Part shown: in pieces, positions 53,904 through 63,447 of the stretch
Layout of the letters: each line of letters opens with the position of its first letter
Position numbering within the stretch: position 1 is the stretch's first letter
From: an uncultured Myxococcales bacterium
GTDB lineage: Bacteria > Myxococcota > UBA4151
NCBI GenBank assembly: GCA_964013405.1
Contig: CAXGWI010000001.1
Location: 32,001 to 96,000 of the forward strand
Direction of reading: 5' to 3'
DNA length: 64,000 bases
Position numbers and translations under genes: made by a program
Notes under the pieces: model-generated
Told to the model about the DNA's origin: nothing
What the model saw: only the letters and a program-made list of their open reading frames with translations
Databases searched by the model: none

Positions 53904-56540
53904 CTATGCCGTCTCCGCTGGCTCACTGATCGGCACGCGGATCCATCCCAAATAGACCATGGCCGGAATTACCAACATGTCAGCGACCACGGCCATGATC
54001 ATGGTCATGGGCAGAATCAAACCCATGTATTTAAAGGTCAGGTAGGGACTTGTTAGCCAAATCCCAAATCCACAGACGAGAATGATGCTCGTCCGAACGA
54101 TCCCCAAACCCGTCTCGCACAGGCTCAAACGCACCGCTTCGTCCAAGTCCTTTCCGGCCTGACGCTCGTGGCGGTAGCGCACGAGAAAATGGATGGTGTC
54201 GTCCACTGCGATCCCCAGGGCCACCGAGACCAGAAAGAGGGCATCGATATCCACCATCAGCCCGAACAAGCCAACCACACCGATGCCTGAAATGACGGGC
54301 AGGATATTGGGCAACATCGAAGAAAGCCCAACGCGCACACTGCGAAACACAAAGGCCATGACGAGGGTGATGACCAAGGCAGCGAAGCCAAAGCCCTTCG
54401 CGAGTTGGGAAGACAGGGTTTCGATCAAATGAGAGAAGAGGGACTCCATCCCCGTAACCCCGGTTCGAAGGCCCCCTTCGGGCCTAGGAAAGAGCTCTTG
54501 GGCCGCCGCCTCGACTTCATCGACGATCTTCACCAAATTCGCGCTGCCAACGCTGGGCAGACGCAACTGGACCCGCACGTAGCGTCTGGACTCGTCGACC
54601 AAAAGGTTGAGCCCTTCCCCGCCCTCGCCAGCAAACAAAGCCAACTGGGAAGCCAACTGGGCTCGATTGGGCAAGGTCCCCTCGCCCCCCATCGCCGAGT
54701 GCGTTCGCTCAGCGATATCCACCAGGGAGATCACATCGAGAATGGGCTTCTTGCCCTCGTAGATATCGGGGCGCTGCAGGCCCCTTAGCTTGGATTCGAG
54801 GGCCTGAAGCCGAACAAGCACGGTGTTGGGTAGGGCCCCCGCAACGGGGTCGACAATCTCTGTGGATTCAGTGGCCCCATCGGCCGAACCAAAACCATCG
54901 TCGTCATCGAATCCGGCGATCTCCTCTTCCGTCGGCGTTTCCTGCTTCGTCGCTTCAGCGGGCCGTTGCTCGCGAATAAAGGCAGAGCGCTCCAACGCAC
55001 CGCCCTCCTGCCCCGTATCGATGATGATTTCCGCAGACGCGCCCCCGGTCATCCGATCCCCGAACCACTTGGCAGCGACCTGAACAGGATGGCCATCATA
55101 GAACTTTGCATCGACGTTGGTATCGATCTTCAAGAGCATCAGGCCGATGATCGCGAGCACGGTAGACAGCCCACCCATCGCCACCACAAAGACCGGCCGC
55201 TCCTTGGCCACCAACCGGCACCGTTCCAAGGCTGCAGTCATCCACTTGCTCTCGCTCGGTGCGGCCCCTGGAACATTCAGGAGACTTAGGAGCGCAGGCC
55301 CCAACACAAAGGCGATCACAAAGGAGGCAGCCACCCCAATGCTCGCGATCACTGCCAGTTCTTTTGCGGTGCCCACCGGCAGAAAACGCAGGCTCGAAAA
55401 ACCGATCAAAGTCGTCAGGGTCGTCAGAAAACAAGCCATCCCCACCTCGTGAAAGGTGCGAATAATCGCTTCTTCTTTGTCACAGCGAAGGCGTTCTATT
55501 CGATACTGACCGACCAGATGAACGATATTCGCCGTCGCAAGAACGAGAATGATCATCGGTGCCATGGACGCGACAATGGACAGACCACCGTTGATCGTGC
55601 CGCCAAATCCAGCGCCCCAAAGGCTCGCTGGAAGCGCGGTCAAGAAGACCATCAACGTCGCTCGCCACTCTTTGAGCATGAAGCTCACAAGAATAAGAAT
55701 GATCACCAGGCTGGCAGCAAAATAAGGGCCCGCATGCCTTTCCGTCTCCAGCATCAGCGCCGTCAGGCTTGCGGGCATGCCTGTCTTGTAGAGACGCTCC
55801 ACATCAAAGCCGTTCGCCGCCACCAGATCGTAGAGGTCGGGAACAGCGAACATTCGGGCCGTATCGACGAGACTCGCTCGACCTTCATCGGTGCGTAAAA
55901 GAAGACGTCCATTGGGGAGCCGCTCGGCCGTCGCCAACATGGCGCTCTTGACACCGGGTCTTTTCATATCGGCTTTGGTGTCACCCACGAGACGGACGAT
56001 CACCGCGGTGCCCTTACCATCTTCCGTCAAGAGGCCGGGCACGTACATGCCATCAGCTCGGAGCGCTGCGACCGCCTCTACCCGCTCCGCATCGCTCTGC
56101 CCCTCGGGGAAATAAGGGCGAACCTCCATGGCCCCCGCTTCGTTCGAGCCAACACGCTGCAAGCCACCGAGTGAGGTCACCTCCATCACCATCGGGTGGG
56201 CCTCAAGAGCCTTCTCGAGGCGACGCAGCTTTTCAAGGAAGGCAGCAGTGAGGACTTCATCGTCCTCAATGCCGAGCAGCATCACATTGTCGGAGCCGAA
56301 AATTTCCCGCGTATCGTAATAGTAATTCCCCCGCTCAGAGGACTCATCAATCATATAGCGGAGGGAGTTTCGGACCTCGACTTGCAGAAAGAGTGCGCCG
56401 GCGATGGCCGTCACGACCGCGATCAGAGCGATCGAAGACAAGCGAAAGCGAAGGACCAGTCGAACCCATGTATCCAGCCACTTAGCCAAAGCGACCTCCG
56501 AAGCGAGCGCCGTGTCTCTATCCAGTGGGGGCACTTCCAT
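53904..56540 (-). CDS. RND/MMPL family lipid transporter
   Basis: Duplicated 1+5 TM architecture; LPNILP, GIAVDDTIHF; start moved to MEVPP. Confidence 0.88.
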   Translation of the reverse strand: MEVPPLDRDTALASEVALAKWLDTWVRLVLRFRLSSIALIAVVTAIAGALFLQVEVRNSLRYMIDESSERGNYYYDTREIFGSDNVMLLGIEDDEVLTAAFLEKLRRLEKALEAHPMVMEVTSLGGLQRVGSNEAGAMEVRPYFPEGQSDAERVEAVAALRADGMYVPGLLTEDGKGTAVIVRLVGDTKADMKRPGVKSAMLATAERLPNGRLLLRTDEGRASLVDTARMFAVPDLYDLVAANGFDVERLYKTGMPASLTALMLETERHAGPYFAASLVIILILVSFMLKEWRATLMVFLTALPASLWGAGFGGTINGGLSIVASMAPMIILVLATANIVHLVGQYRIERLRCDKEEAIIRTFHEVGMACFLTTLTTLIGFSSLRFLPVGTAKELAVIASIGVAASFVIAFVLGPALLSLLNVPGAAPSESKWMTAALERCRLVAKERPVFVVAMGGLSTVLAIIGLMLLKIDTNVDAKFYDGHPVQVAAKWFGDRMTGGASAEIIIDTGQEGGALERSAFIREQRPAEATKQETPTEEEIAGFDDDDGFGSADGATESTEIVDPVAGALPNTVLVRLQALESKLRGLQRPDIYEGKKPILDVISLVDIAERTHSAMGGEGTLPNRAQLASQLALFAGEGGEGLNLLVDESRRYVRVQLRLPSVGSANLVKIVDEVEAAAQELFPRPEGGLRTGVTGMESLFSHLIETLSSQLAKGFGFAALVITLVMAFVFRSVRVGLSSMLPNILPVISGIGVVGLFGLMVDIDALFLVSVALGIAVDDTIHFLVRYRHERQAGKDLDEAVRLSLCETGLGIVRTSIILVCGFGIWLTSPYLTFKYMGLILPMTMIMAVVADMLVIPAMVYLGWIRVPISEPAETA

Positions 56541-56622
56541 CAAGCCGGTGGCGCCCCTCGACCCCAATACAAGCCGAGTGCGGCCCCATGACCACCGCAA
56601 CCAATTTAGGGTATGATGGGCC

Positions 56623-58146
56623 ATGCTCCGTCCACTTCTGCTCCTCCTGACGGCGATCGCCTGTTCTGCGCCCCAACCGACCGCACCACCGATTCTTTTG
56701 ACGGAGGCGGGGCCCGTGCTGGCTACAGATGGGGGGCCGGGCCCAATAGCCAAGCGGCCCGATGTCTATCGCCCGCTGGATATCGGTGCCTCCAGCCGGG
56801 CGGACACCCCCAACCTTCCCCGGGCTCAACATGATGCGGGTTACCAACTCGTGGAACTGCCTGACCCCGCCTCTACCGACCCCTGTGGCCACGTTTGTCG
56901 TGGTCGTCCTTGTGCGCGGACCTGTCGAGAGAGCTGCCGCCTTGAGCTTCCCCGCGTCGTGGTGGCGCAACGAGAGCGTTTTATCGACTGTGTCGCCCAG
57001 AACAGTTGCTCCATCGATGACTGTGTCCCCGAAGCAGTCCCGGTCGATCCGGCCTGTGAGACCCTCTGCGCCAATCGACACCTCGAGGCCTGTGGGCTGC
57101 CAGAGTTGGCCGCAGCAGGGCACCGCTGCCCCCAGAACTGCACCAGCTACATGGCCTCGATGTACCCAGCAGCCCGTCAAGCCTTCCTTCAATGCGGTAT
57201 CGAGCAGTGCGTCTCCAGCGAGGCGCCCTGCGCTGGGACTGGCTATTGCGAACGGGGAGAGCGCTGCGGTGAAGGACGATGTGTTCCCGAAAAGCAATGC
57301 CCGATCATCGACTTCGTGGGCCCAGAACCAAGCGCAGAATGTCTCGACGTGGCTCGGTACCGGCAACGCTGTCACGACCCGCGTACCGAATCTCTTTATC
57401 GAGATGCTTGGGACTGTGAATCCTGGCGACCGAATCGGGACAATCTGGATTGGGCCGGGGGCAACCTCTATATCTCGTGCTTGGCCCAGACCGAGGCCTG
57501 TGATGGCTTTGGGCCCTACTGGCAATGCCTCGGCGAAGCCATGGTGGCCCAGGGGCGGCGGCGCCTGGTGGACGAGGTTTGCACCCACATTCAGGGTTGC
57601 GATTCGGGCAAGGGCTGGACCTGCAACTATGTGATGGCCGGTGCCAGCCGTTGGGCGGGGGAGCGGGTCGTATGGAAGCTGGATCGCTGCAGCGCCGCGG
57701 CGGGTCGGGACTGCCAGGCCCTCGAGGCTTGCGTTGACGGTCTATGGGCTGTGGAAGGTCCCGGTGATGCCTGTGCAACTGGCTGCGGCCGCTGCGGTCA
57801 GGTCAATGACACCTGCATTAATCTTTGTCTCTACCATCGCAACTCGATGACGCGGCAGCAGGCCCGTCGTTATGAACACTGCCTCCGGGCCAGTCCCCGC
57901 TGTGAGCACAACGTGGCCGAGACCTGTATCCGGGAAGTGCTGGGCGCCGAAATGGCGGTCTGTGACCAACTCATGGAAAGCATCGGCGAGTGCGCAGAAT
58001 GGGAGACCTATACCCAGAACATCCCGTGGCCGGGTTGGTGCGCCATCGGCGGCGTCCGAACTGGCCTCCTTGATCGGGAGGGCCTTGAGGCCTGTGTCGA
58101 CATGACCAATTGCCGCGTGAACCCCTGGCAAGCTTGTGCTCGTTGA
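56623..58146 (+). CDS. Cysteine-rich repeat lipoprotein
   Basis: Lipobox AIAC; 47 Cys in 507 aa (hand count) in repeated helical units. Confidence 0.78.
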   Translation: MLRPLLLLLTAIACSAPQPTAPPILLTEAGPVLATDGGPGPIAKRPDVYRPLDIGASSRADTPNLPRAQHDAGYQLVELPDPASTDPCGHVCRGRPCARTCRESCRLELPRVVVAQRERFIDCVAQNSCSIDDCVPEAVPVDPACETLCANRHLEACGLPELAAAGHRCPQNCTSYMASMYPAARQAFLQCGIEQCVSSEAPCAGTGYCERGERCGEGRCVPEKQCPIIDFVGPEPSAECLDVARYRQRCHDPRTESLYRDAWDCESWRPNRDNLDWAGGNLYISCLAQTEACDGFGPYWQCLGEAMVAQGRRRLVDEVCTHIQGCDSGKGWTCNYVMAGASRWAGERVVWKLDRCSAAAGRDCQALEACVDGLWAVEGPGDACATGCGRCGQVNDTCINLCLYHRNSMTRQQARRYEHCLRASPRCEHNVAETCIREVLGAEMAVCDQLMESIGECAEWETYTQNIPWPGWCAIGGVRTGLLDREGLEACVDMTNCRVNPWQACAR

Positions 58147-58152
58147 GCAGCC

Positions 58153-58776
58153 TTACTCAAGGTAACGGGCCACTCGCCTCAACATGAACTGGCGATCGAA
58201 GAGATCATCGAGATAGTGGAGTTTTGTGGTGTCGATGCGATGGACTGGGCACAGGTCCCAGGCCCCCACCCAAGCCTCGTAACGTTCGTTGAGACGCCGT
58301 AGGTAATGATAAGAGATGCTCTGTTCTTCGGGGCGTCCCCGCTGCCGAATTCGACGCCGGATCTCTTTAACCGGCGTGTGAAGGTAGAACAGCACATCGG
58401 GGGGGCGAATGGCTTCGGTCACGCCCCGGTAGAAGGCGGTGTAGAGCTCCCATTCTCGGGCTGTCATCTTCCGCCCGCGAAACAACCCGTAGGCGAAGAT
58501 CTCTGCATCCTCCCAAACGCTGCGATCCTGAATACATGCTTTTGCTTTACGATCGAGGGCGAGGTGCATGCGAAACTTTTGCGCCAGGAACCACATCTGA
58601 CTGGGAAAGGCATAGCGTTTCATATCGCCATAAAAGTCGGCGAGGAACGGGTTCGATTCGTTCGGTTCGTAGACGGGCTCCACCCCGTAATGCTCACAAA
58701 GAACCTGAACCAACGTCGACTTGCCGCAGCCGATGTTGCCCGCCACCACGATGTAGGGTGCCTTTTTCCGCGCCAT
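58153..58776 (-). CDS. Deoxynucleoside kinase
   Basis: AGNIGCGKST, YEP, QDRSVWED, RGRPEE. Confidence 0.93.
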   Translation of the reverse strand: MARKKAPYIVVAGNIGCGKSTLVQVLCEHYGVEPVYEPNESNPFLADFYGDMKRYAFPSQMWFLAQKFRMHLALDRKAKACIQDRSVWEDAEIFAYGLFRGRKMTAREWELYTAFYRGVTEAIRPPDVLFYLHTPVKEIRRRIRQRGRPEEQSISYHYLRRLNERYEAWVGAWDLCPVHRIDTTKLHYLDDLFDRQFMLRRVARYLE

Positions 58777-58786
58777 ATTTGTGGGG

Positions 58787-59737
58787 CTATACGGTCCGAG
58801 ACAGAGCCACAAGACAGGCCCCGGCGACGACCAGAAGAATCCAGGGCATACGCCGGAATGCCTGGGGTTCGTGAAAGATAATGGCCCCGGCGAGGACGGT
58901 CACTACAACACCGGCTCTCTTCAATGCTTCTGCAACACCCACGTCCAGGTGAACCAGCGACTCCATCTGGGTGCCCAACGCGGCAGCCGCGGCCGGGGCC
59001 AGGCTGGCCAATAACCAGGGGCTCCGGCGGAGGATGCCCCCGAGGGCCTGAGGCTTGCGAATTAGGCGCTCCACGAGGAGCGGGAGGCCGATCAGCGCCG
59101 TCGACCAGATCAGGTAGGCTTCGAGCCCATATTCACCACCGGTGATGACTTGCTTATCGATCGCCGGAATCCAGCCCCAGAGGAGCACCACCCCGAACAT
59201 GCTCGGCACCCCGCGCTGCAAGACGAGGGCACGAACTGTGAACAGGGCCATCCCCACCCACCGGAAACCGGGCACTGTCGACGGACGCCGCAGCCCCCCG
59301 TGGCCAGCGCTCCCTTTGCGAAACAGTAGCAGAAAGGTACCCACTGCAATCAAGGTCGCCCCGACCCAAAAACCCAGACTCAGTTCTTCGCCAAAAAGGA
59401 AGAAGCCCCCCACAGCCCCGACCACTGGGGTCAGGGAGAGTAAAGGGATCACCTTCGACAACTCCCCCACCGTGAGGCTGTGCAGAAAAAGAAAGTTGGC
59501 AACGATGTTGAGGACTACGATCCAGAACATTAAACTGTAGAGCGAAGGTGGCGGCGGACCGATCGGCGCACCACGGAGCAGCGCGTACATAAGGGCCCCA
59601 GCGCTGGCGAGAAGCGGGACGACCGCAGCCAACGTCAGCGGGTCTGGGTGGCGAGCTGTGAGGGCTTTCCTCTGCAGATCCAACAGGGCCCAGGACAGGG
59701 CACAGAGGATCCCGACGGTTAATCCCCAGTCCATCAC
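58787..59737 (-). CDS. EamA/DMT family transporter
   Basis: About 10 TM; ELSKVIPLLSLTP, LFGE, IIFHE. Confidence 0.85.
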   Translation of the reverse strand: MMDWGLTVGILCALSWALLDLQRKALTARHPDPLTLAAVVPLLASAGALMYALLRGAPIGPPPPSLYSLMFWIVVLNIVANFLFLHSLTVGELSKVIPLLSLTPVVGAVGGFFLFGEELSLGFWVGATLIAVGTFLLLFRKGSAGHGGLRRPSTVPGFRWVGMALFTVRALVLQRGVPSMFGVVLLWGWIPAIDKQVITGGEYGLEAYLIWSTALIGLPLLVERLIRKPQALGGILRRSPWLLASLAPAAAAALGTQMESLVHLDVGVAEALKRAGVVVTVLAGAIIFHEPQAFRRMPWILLVVAGACLVALSRTV

Positions 59738-60267
59738 AATCTCAAATGCCAGATCCCCACATCCCGTGGGTGCTCATGCTCACCAGGAAACAAAACGGCT
59801 TCGGGGAAGTGTCCGGAAAGACTAAATCCAAGGCGAGAGAAAAGCCCGTTACTTCCCGAGTTGTCTGCGAAGACAAGGGCCAGGATGACCCGATTCCCTA
59901 GGCCTCGCCCTAACTCGACCATCGCCTCCCCAATGGCCCGACCAATGCCCCGCCCTCGCTGACACTGGCGCACATACAGGGTCATTTCGACGCAGCCATC
60001 GTAGCCCGCTTTCGAACGAAAACTGGATAAACCACAGTAGGCCTGAACCTGGCCCGCCTCCTCCCAGACGATCAAGGGGTGGCCCGCCTCCCACTGATAG
60101 CGATCAAACCAAGAGCGCCGGTCATCGACATCTCGAGGATAGGGATCTGCGGTCGCCGATCGTTCATGGACCGCCTGATTGTAGATCTCCGTCATCGCAG
60201 GCAAGTCCGCGAGCTTCGCCGGCCGCAGCACGCGCCCGGCCTCCTCGACTCGATAAGAACCCATCAA
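59734..60267 (-). CDS. GNAT N-acetyltransferase (phosphinothricin/YncA-like)
   Basis: IYNQAV, SSFR..GY, RGRGIG, N.GS..LF..LGF. Confidence 0.88.
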   Translation of the reverse strand: MMGSYRVEEAGRVLRPAKLADLPAMTEIYNQAVHERSATADPYPRDVDDRRSWFDRYQWEAGHPLIVWEEAGQVQAYCGLSSFRSKAGYDGCVEMTLYVRQCQRGRGIGRAIGEAMVELGRGLGNRVILALVFADNSGSNGLFSRLGFSLSGHFPEAVLFPGEHEHPRDVGIWHLRL

Positions 60268-61322
60268 CCCAGACGGGCCAGAATCTGGTCGCCCACTTGG
60301 ACACAGTTGAGATTGCCCCCCAAATCAGGGGTTACCTCACCGCTGGCCAGTTGATCGATGACGGCCTGCTCCACAGTTCGAGCGGCACCACTCATGCCCA
60401 AATGGTCGAGGAGGATCGCTCCGCTCATGATCGCCGCCATCGGATTCGCTCGGCCCGTGCCCACGAGATCGGGGGCCGAGCCATGCACGGGCTCAAACAA
60501 TGAGCAGCGACCAGGATGGATATTGCCACTGGCAGCCGTTCCCAAGCCCCCCTGGAGACTCGCACCCAGGTCACTGAGAATGTCGCCAAACAGGTTTTCG
60601 GTCACGATGACGTCGAATCGCTCCGGACAGCGCACCAACTCCATCGCCGCCACATCCACGTAGAGATGAAAGCTTTCGATCTTGGGATACTCACTTGCCA
60701 CCTCCCGAAAGGTCCGTTGCCACAGTTCATGACCTTGCCGCATCGCATTGGCCTTATCGGTCATACAGACGCTCTTGCGACCATCCCGCTGGGCGAACTC
60801 GAATGCGGAACGGATAATCCGCTCCACACCGCGACGGGTATAGACAAAGGTCTGTTGGGCCACCTCGTGGATGGTCCCAGGCCGCACAGCCCCACCAACG
60901 CCAACATAACCCCCCTCGGTATTCTCTCGAAAGATCACGAAGTCGACATCATCGACACCCTTGTCTTTCAAGGGACAAAGGCGAGGGTCGAGAAGCTTGA
61001 TGGGGCGAAGGTTGATGTAGAGGTCCAGTTGGAAGCGGGCCCCCAGCAAAAGCTCACGCCCGTGGGCCATGTCAGGGACACGGGGGTCACCGACCGCACC
61101 AAAGAGAATCGCCGCGTAGTGCTCCCGGAAGTCATCAAAGCGACCCGGTTCAATCCCAACACCATGCTCTAGATAATAGTCAGCGCCGTAAGGGCACTCC
61201 TCCCACTCCAAGCTACGTTGGGCGATTTGGGCGGCCCGGTCGACGATGCGGCGAGCCTGTTCGGTCACCTCTGGGCCGATCCCGTCTCCACCAATCACAG
61301 CGATGCGTTCGGCCACATCCAC
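60264..61322 (-). CDS. Isopropylmalate/tartrate dehydrogenase family protein (LeuB-like)
   Basis: GDGIGPEV, GAVGDPRVP, RENTEG, DKAN, FGDILSD, FEPVHGSAPD. Confidence 0.9.
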   Translation of the reverse strand: MDVAERIAVIGGDGIGPEVTEQARRIVDRAAQIAQRSLEWEECPYGADYYLEHGVGIEPGRFDDFREHYAAILFGAVGDPRVPDMAHGRELLLGARFQLDLYINLRPIKLLDPRLCPLKDKGVDDVDFVIFRENTEGGYVGVGGAVRPGTIHEVAQQTFVYTRRGVERIIRSAFEFAQRDGRKSVCMTDKANAMRQGHELWQRTFREVASEYPKIESFHLYVDVAAMELVRCPERFDVIVTENLFGDILSDLGASLQGGLGTAASGNIHPGRCSLFEPVHGSAPDLVGTGRANPMAAIMSGAILLDHLGMSGAARTVEQAVIDQLASGEVTPDLGGNLNCVQVGDQILARLG

Positions 61323-61406
61323 CTCCTCAAGGGCTGCACCTTGTGCTCTCCACTCGGCCGGGTCAAGCGCCTCAAACGGGTCTTCGCCTGCAAATATCGC
61401 AGTGAC

Positions 61407-61592
61407 TCAGTAATGGGGCGGCTTCTCGTCGGCCGGGCCCGCGTCAACGGTGTTGTCGCCTAAAGCCTCCAAGCGCCGAAAGACCTCATCGATTCGATGG
61501 ACTTGGCCATTCAACTCCCCCGAGAGTTCGTCCAGAAAACGCTCGATGTATGCCAAACGCTCTTCCAACTGTGTGATCCGTTCCTCACTCAT
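61407..61592 (-). CDS. slyX: SlyX family protein
   Basis: ERITQLEERLAY..EL, C-terminal EKPPHY. Confidence 0.92.
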   Translation of the reverse strand: MSEERITQLEERLAYIERFLDELSGELNGQVHRIDEVFRRLEALGDNTVDAGPADEKPPHY

Positions 61593-63373
61593 GGCTTCAC
61601 CTTCGCAATCTCCAGGCTGTCATCAATTCCTTTCACCTTCACCTGCGCCAAGCGCACTTCCAGCCCAAGTTCATCGATCAGCGCGAGCACATCGGGGTCT
61701 CGGTAGGTTTGGTCGCTCAGGACGATCTCCCCTGGCTCGGCCTGCCCCTCCATACGAGCGGCCCGATTCACCGTCCGTCCGAAGTAGTCCAGGTTCTCGT
61801 TAAATGTCACCGCAAGGCAAGGCCCTTGGTGGATGCCAAGCCGTAGTCCAAGTGAACTCCTCTCGGTCATCAATTCTTGCATCCGAAGGGCCGAACGCAA
61901 GGCCTGATCCGGCGTTTCAAAGACCGCCATGATGGCATCGCCAATCGTCTTCACAAGGGTCCCGTCGAACTCATTAAGCCCCTGTTTCAGAAGGGAAAAG
62001 TGCTCTCGAACCACAGTAAATGCCCCTGCATCCCCCTCCTCCTGATACAATCGAGTGCTGCCCACCAGGTCACTAAAGAGCAGGGTCACGCTGCCCACAT
62101 CCACCTGGGTGCCCGAAGCCAAGAGTTGACCGGAGATCAAATCCCGAAAGGACTGGCGCCGAATGAGCGCGGCCGCCGTGAGAATGTCATCGCCGACCTC
62201 CTCCCGTTGCAGAAGAATTCGAACGGCCCGATCCCTGTGGTTGGTAACAGCCAGGCTCCCGTCACCGGCTGACGAGAATCCGGTCTCGCTCAGATCAAAG
62301 CGCTCATCGCCGTGAAGTTCTACCGCGTGATTACCGTCCATGCAGCGAAGCAAGACCCGCCCCTCAAGCGCGAAGGAATCGACCGGTGGCAGCTCGAAGC
62401 ACTCCCCGGGACCGACCTGTTCGGCGAGGATCTGATGGGGTGTTCGCCCTGGCCCCCCCATGCATGCCATTCCAGTAACGATAGGCCGAAGGGACCGGGC
62501 CGGTCGAAAGGTGACCTGAACGCTTTCGGCAAACCGGGCACCAAAGCGAATATTGCAGCTGGGACAATGACTCTCCATGCGCAGGCGGTGAAGTTGTTCC
62601 TCTTCAGCCTTTGGCCCCCGACAACTCGGACAGATCAGACTCCAACGGAGTTCGAGGCTTCCCCCTTGCGTTGCCCGCAAGAAAACCCGCAGCAGGTCCT
62701 CCTGGTCCACAGCCCAGCGCCGGGCAAGAAAGAACGGCTCCAAATGGGCTAACTCGCCGTCGACGGCTCGGCGCAGGTGATCGATGAATGGCTGCACGAC
62801 GGGCTCGGGCTCGCCGGCTTGGAGTAGTTCTGCCCTCAATTTGTCGAGACGGGCTTCATGAACCCCAGACTCCGGGGGATGGTCCACCTGCCCATGGGCA
62901 TCGAGCAATTGCTCTAAATCCTCATAGAATCGTTGCAAGCGCTTGAAGATGGTCCATCGAAACAGGAGTGGCGCGATGAGGCGAAACAAAAAGTTGTTCG
63001 CTGCAAGCCCCATTTGAAACCGCAGTCGCACCCCGTTCTCTGTGGGTTCCAGTTCGGTGAGTTGGGCTTGCTGCTTCAAGGGCCCTCTCCCCTCTAAGCG
63101 AACGTTGCCAAACCACTGATGGAGGGCCCAAGCATAGGGTTCATCCAGAAAGCGCTGCCGACCACCAAAGAGGGAAATGTGCCGAACACTTACCCCCTCG
63201 GTGAGGCTCTGTTCTTCGAAGTGAGAGCCGCCAGCGCCGAGGGCTCGCCCCACTTTGTCGGTCTCCGTGACGGCCGCCCAGACCTGTTGGGCTGATAGAG
63301 AGTAGGACTGGGTGATCTCGAAACGAATCGGCGAAGCATCGATCAGTGCTTGAATCCGCGCTTTCGATGCCAT
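61589..63373 (-). CDS. Class III adenylate cyclase with SRPBCC-like and DUF5939-like (zinc ribbon) domains
   Basis: LFSDLVGST, VKTIGDAIMA, DYFGRTVNRAAR; CPSC..HCPSC; start MASKA after GGAG. Confidence 0.88.
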   Translation of the reverse strand: MASKARIQALIDASPIRFEITQSYSLSAQQVWAAVTETDKVGRALGAGGSHFEEQSLTEGVSVRHISLFGGRQRFLDEPYAWALHQWFGNVRLEGRGPLKQQAQLTELEPTENGVRLRFQMGLAANNFLFRLIAPLLFRWTIFKRLQRFYEDLEQLLDAHGQVDHPPESGVHEARLDKLRAELLQAGEPEPVVQPFIDHLRRAVDGELAHLEPFFLARRWAVDQEDLLRVFLRATQGGSLELRWSLICPSCRGPKAEEEQLHRLRMESHCPSCNIRFGARFAESVQVTFRPARSLRPIVTGMACMGGPGRTPHQILAEQVGPGECFELPPVDSFALEGRVLLRCMDGNHAVELHGDERFDLSETGFSSAGDGSLAVTNHRDRAVRILLQREEVGDDILTAAALIRRQSFRDLISGQLLASGTQVDVGSVTLLFSDLVGSTRLYQEEGDAGAFTVVREHFSLLKQGLNEFDGTLVKTIGDAIMAVFETPDQALRSALRMQELMTERSSLGLRLGIHQGPCLAVTFNENLDYFGRTVNRAARMEGQAEPGEIVLSDQTYRDPDVLALIDELGLEVRLAQVKVKGIDDSLEIAKVKP

Positions 63374-63447
63374 CTTGCGCTCCTCTCCCGCGTGCCCGCG
63401 AGGTATTTTGCGCCGGTCACGCCACCGTGAGAAGACTCCTAGCACGG

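Noticed and set aside
56623..58146. Multihaem cytochrome or RiPP precursor
   Set aside because: No CxxCH motifs, too large for a precursor, and no modifying enzymes adjacent
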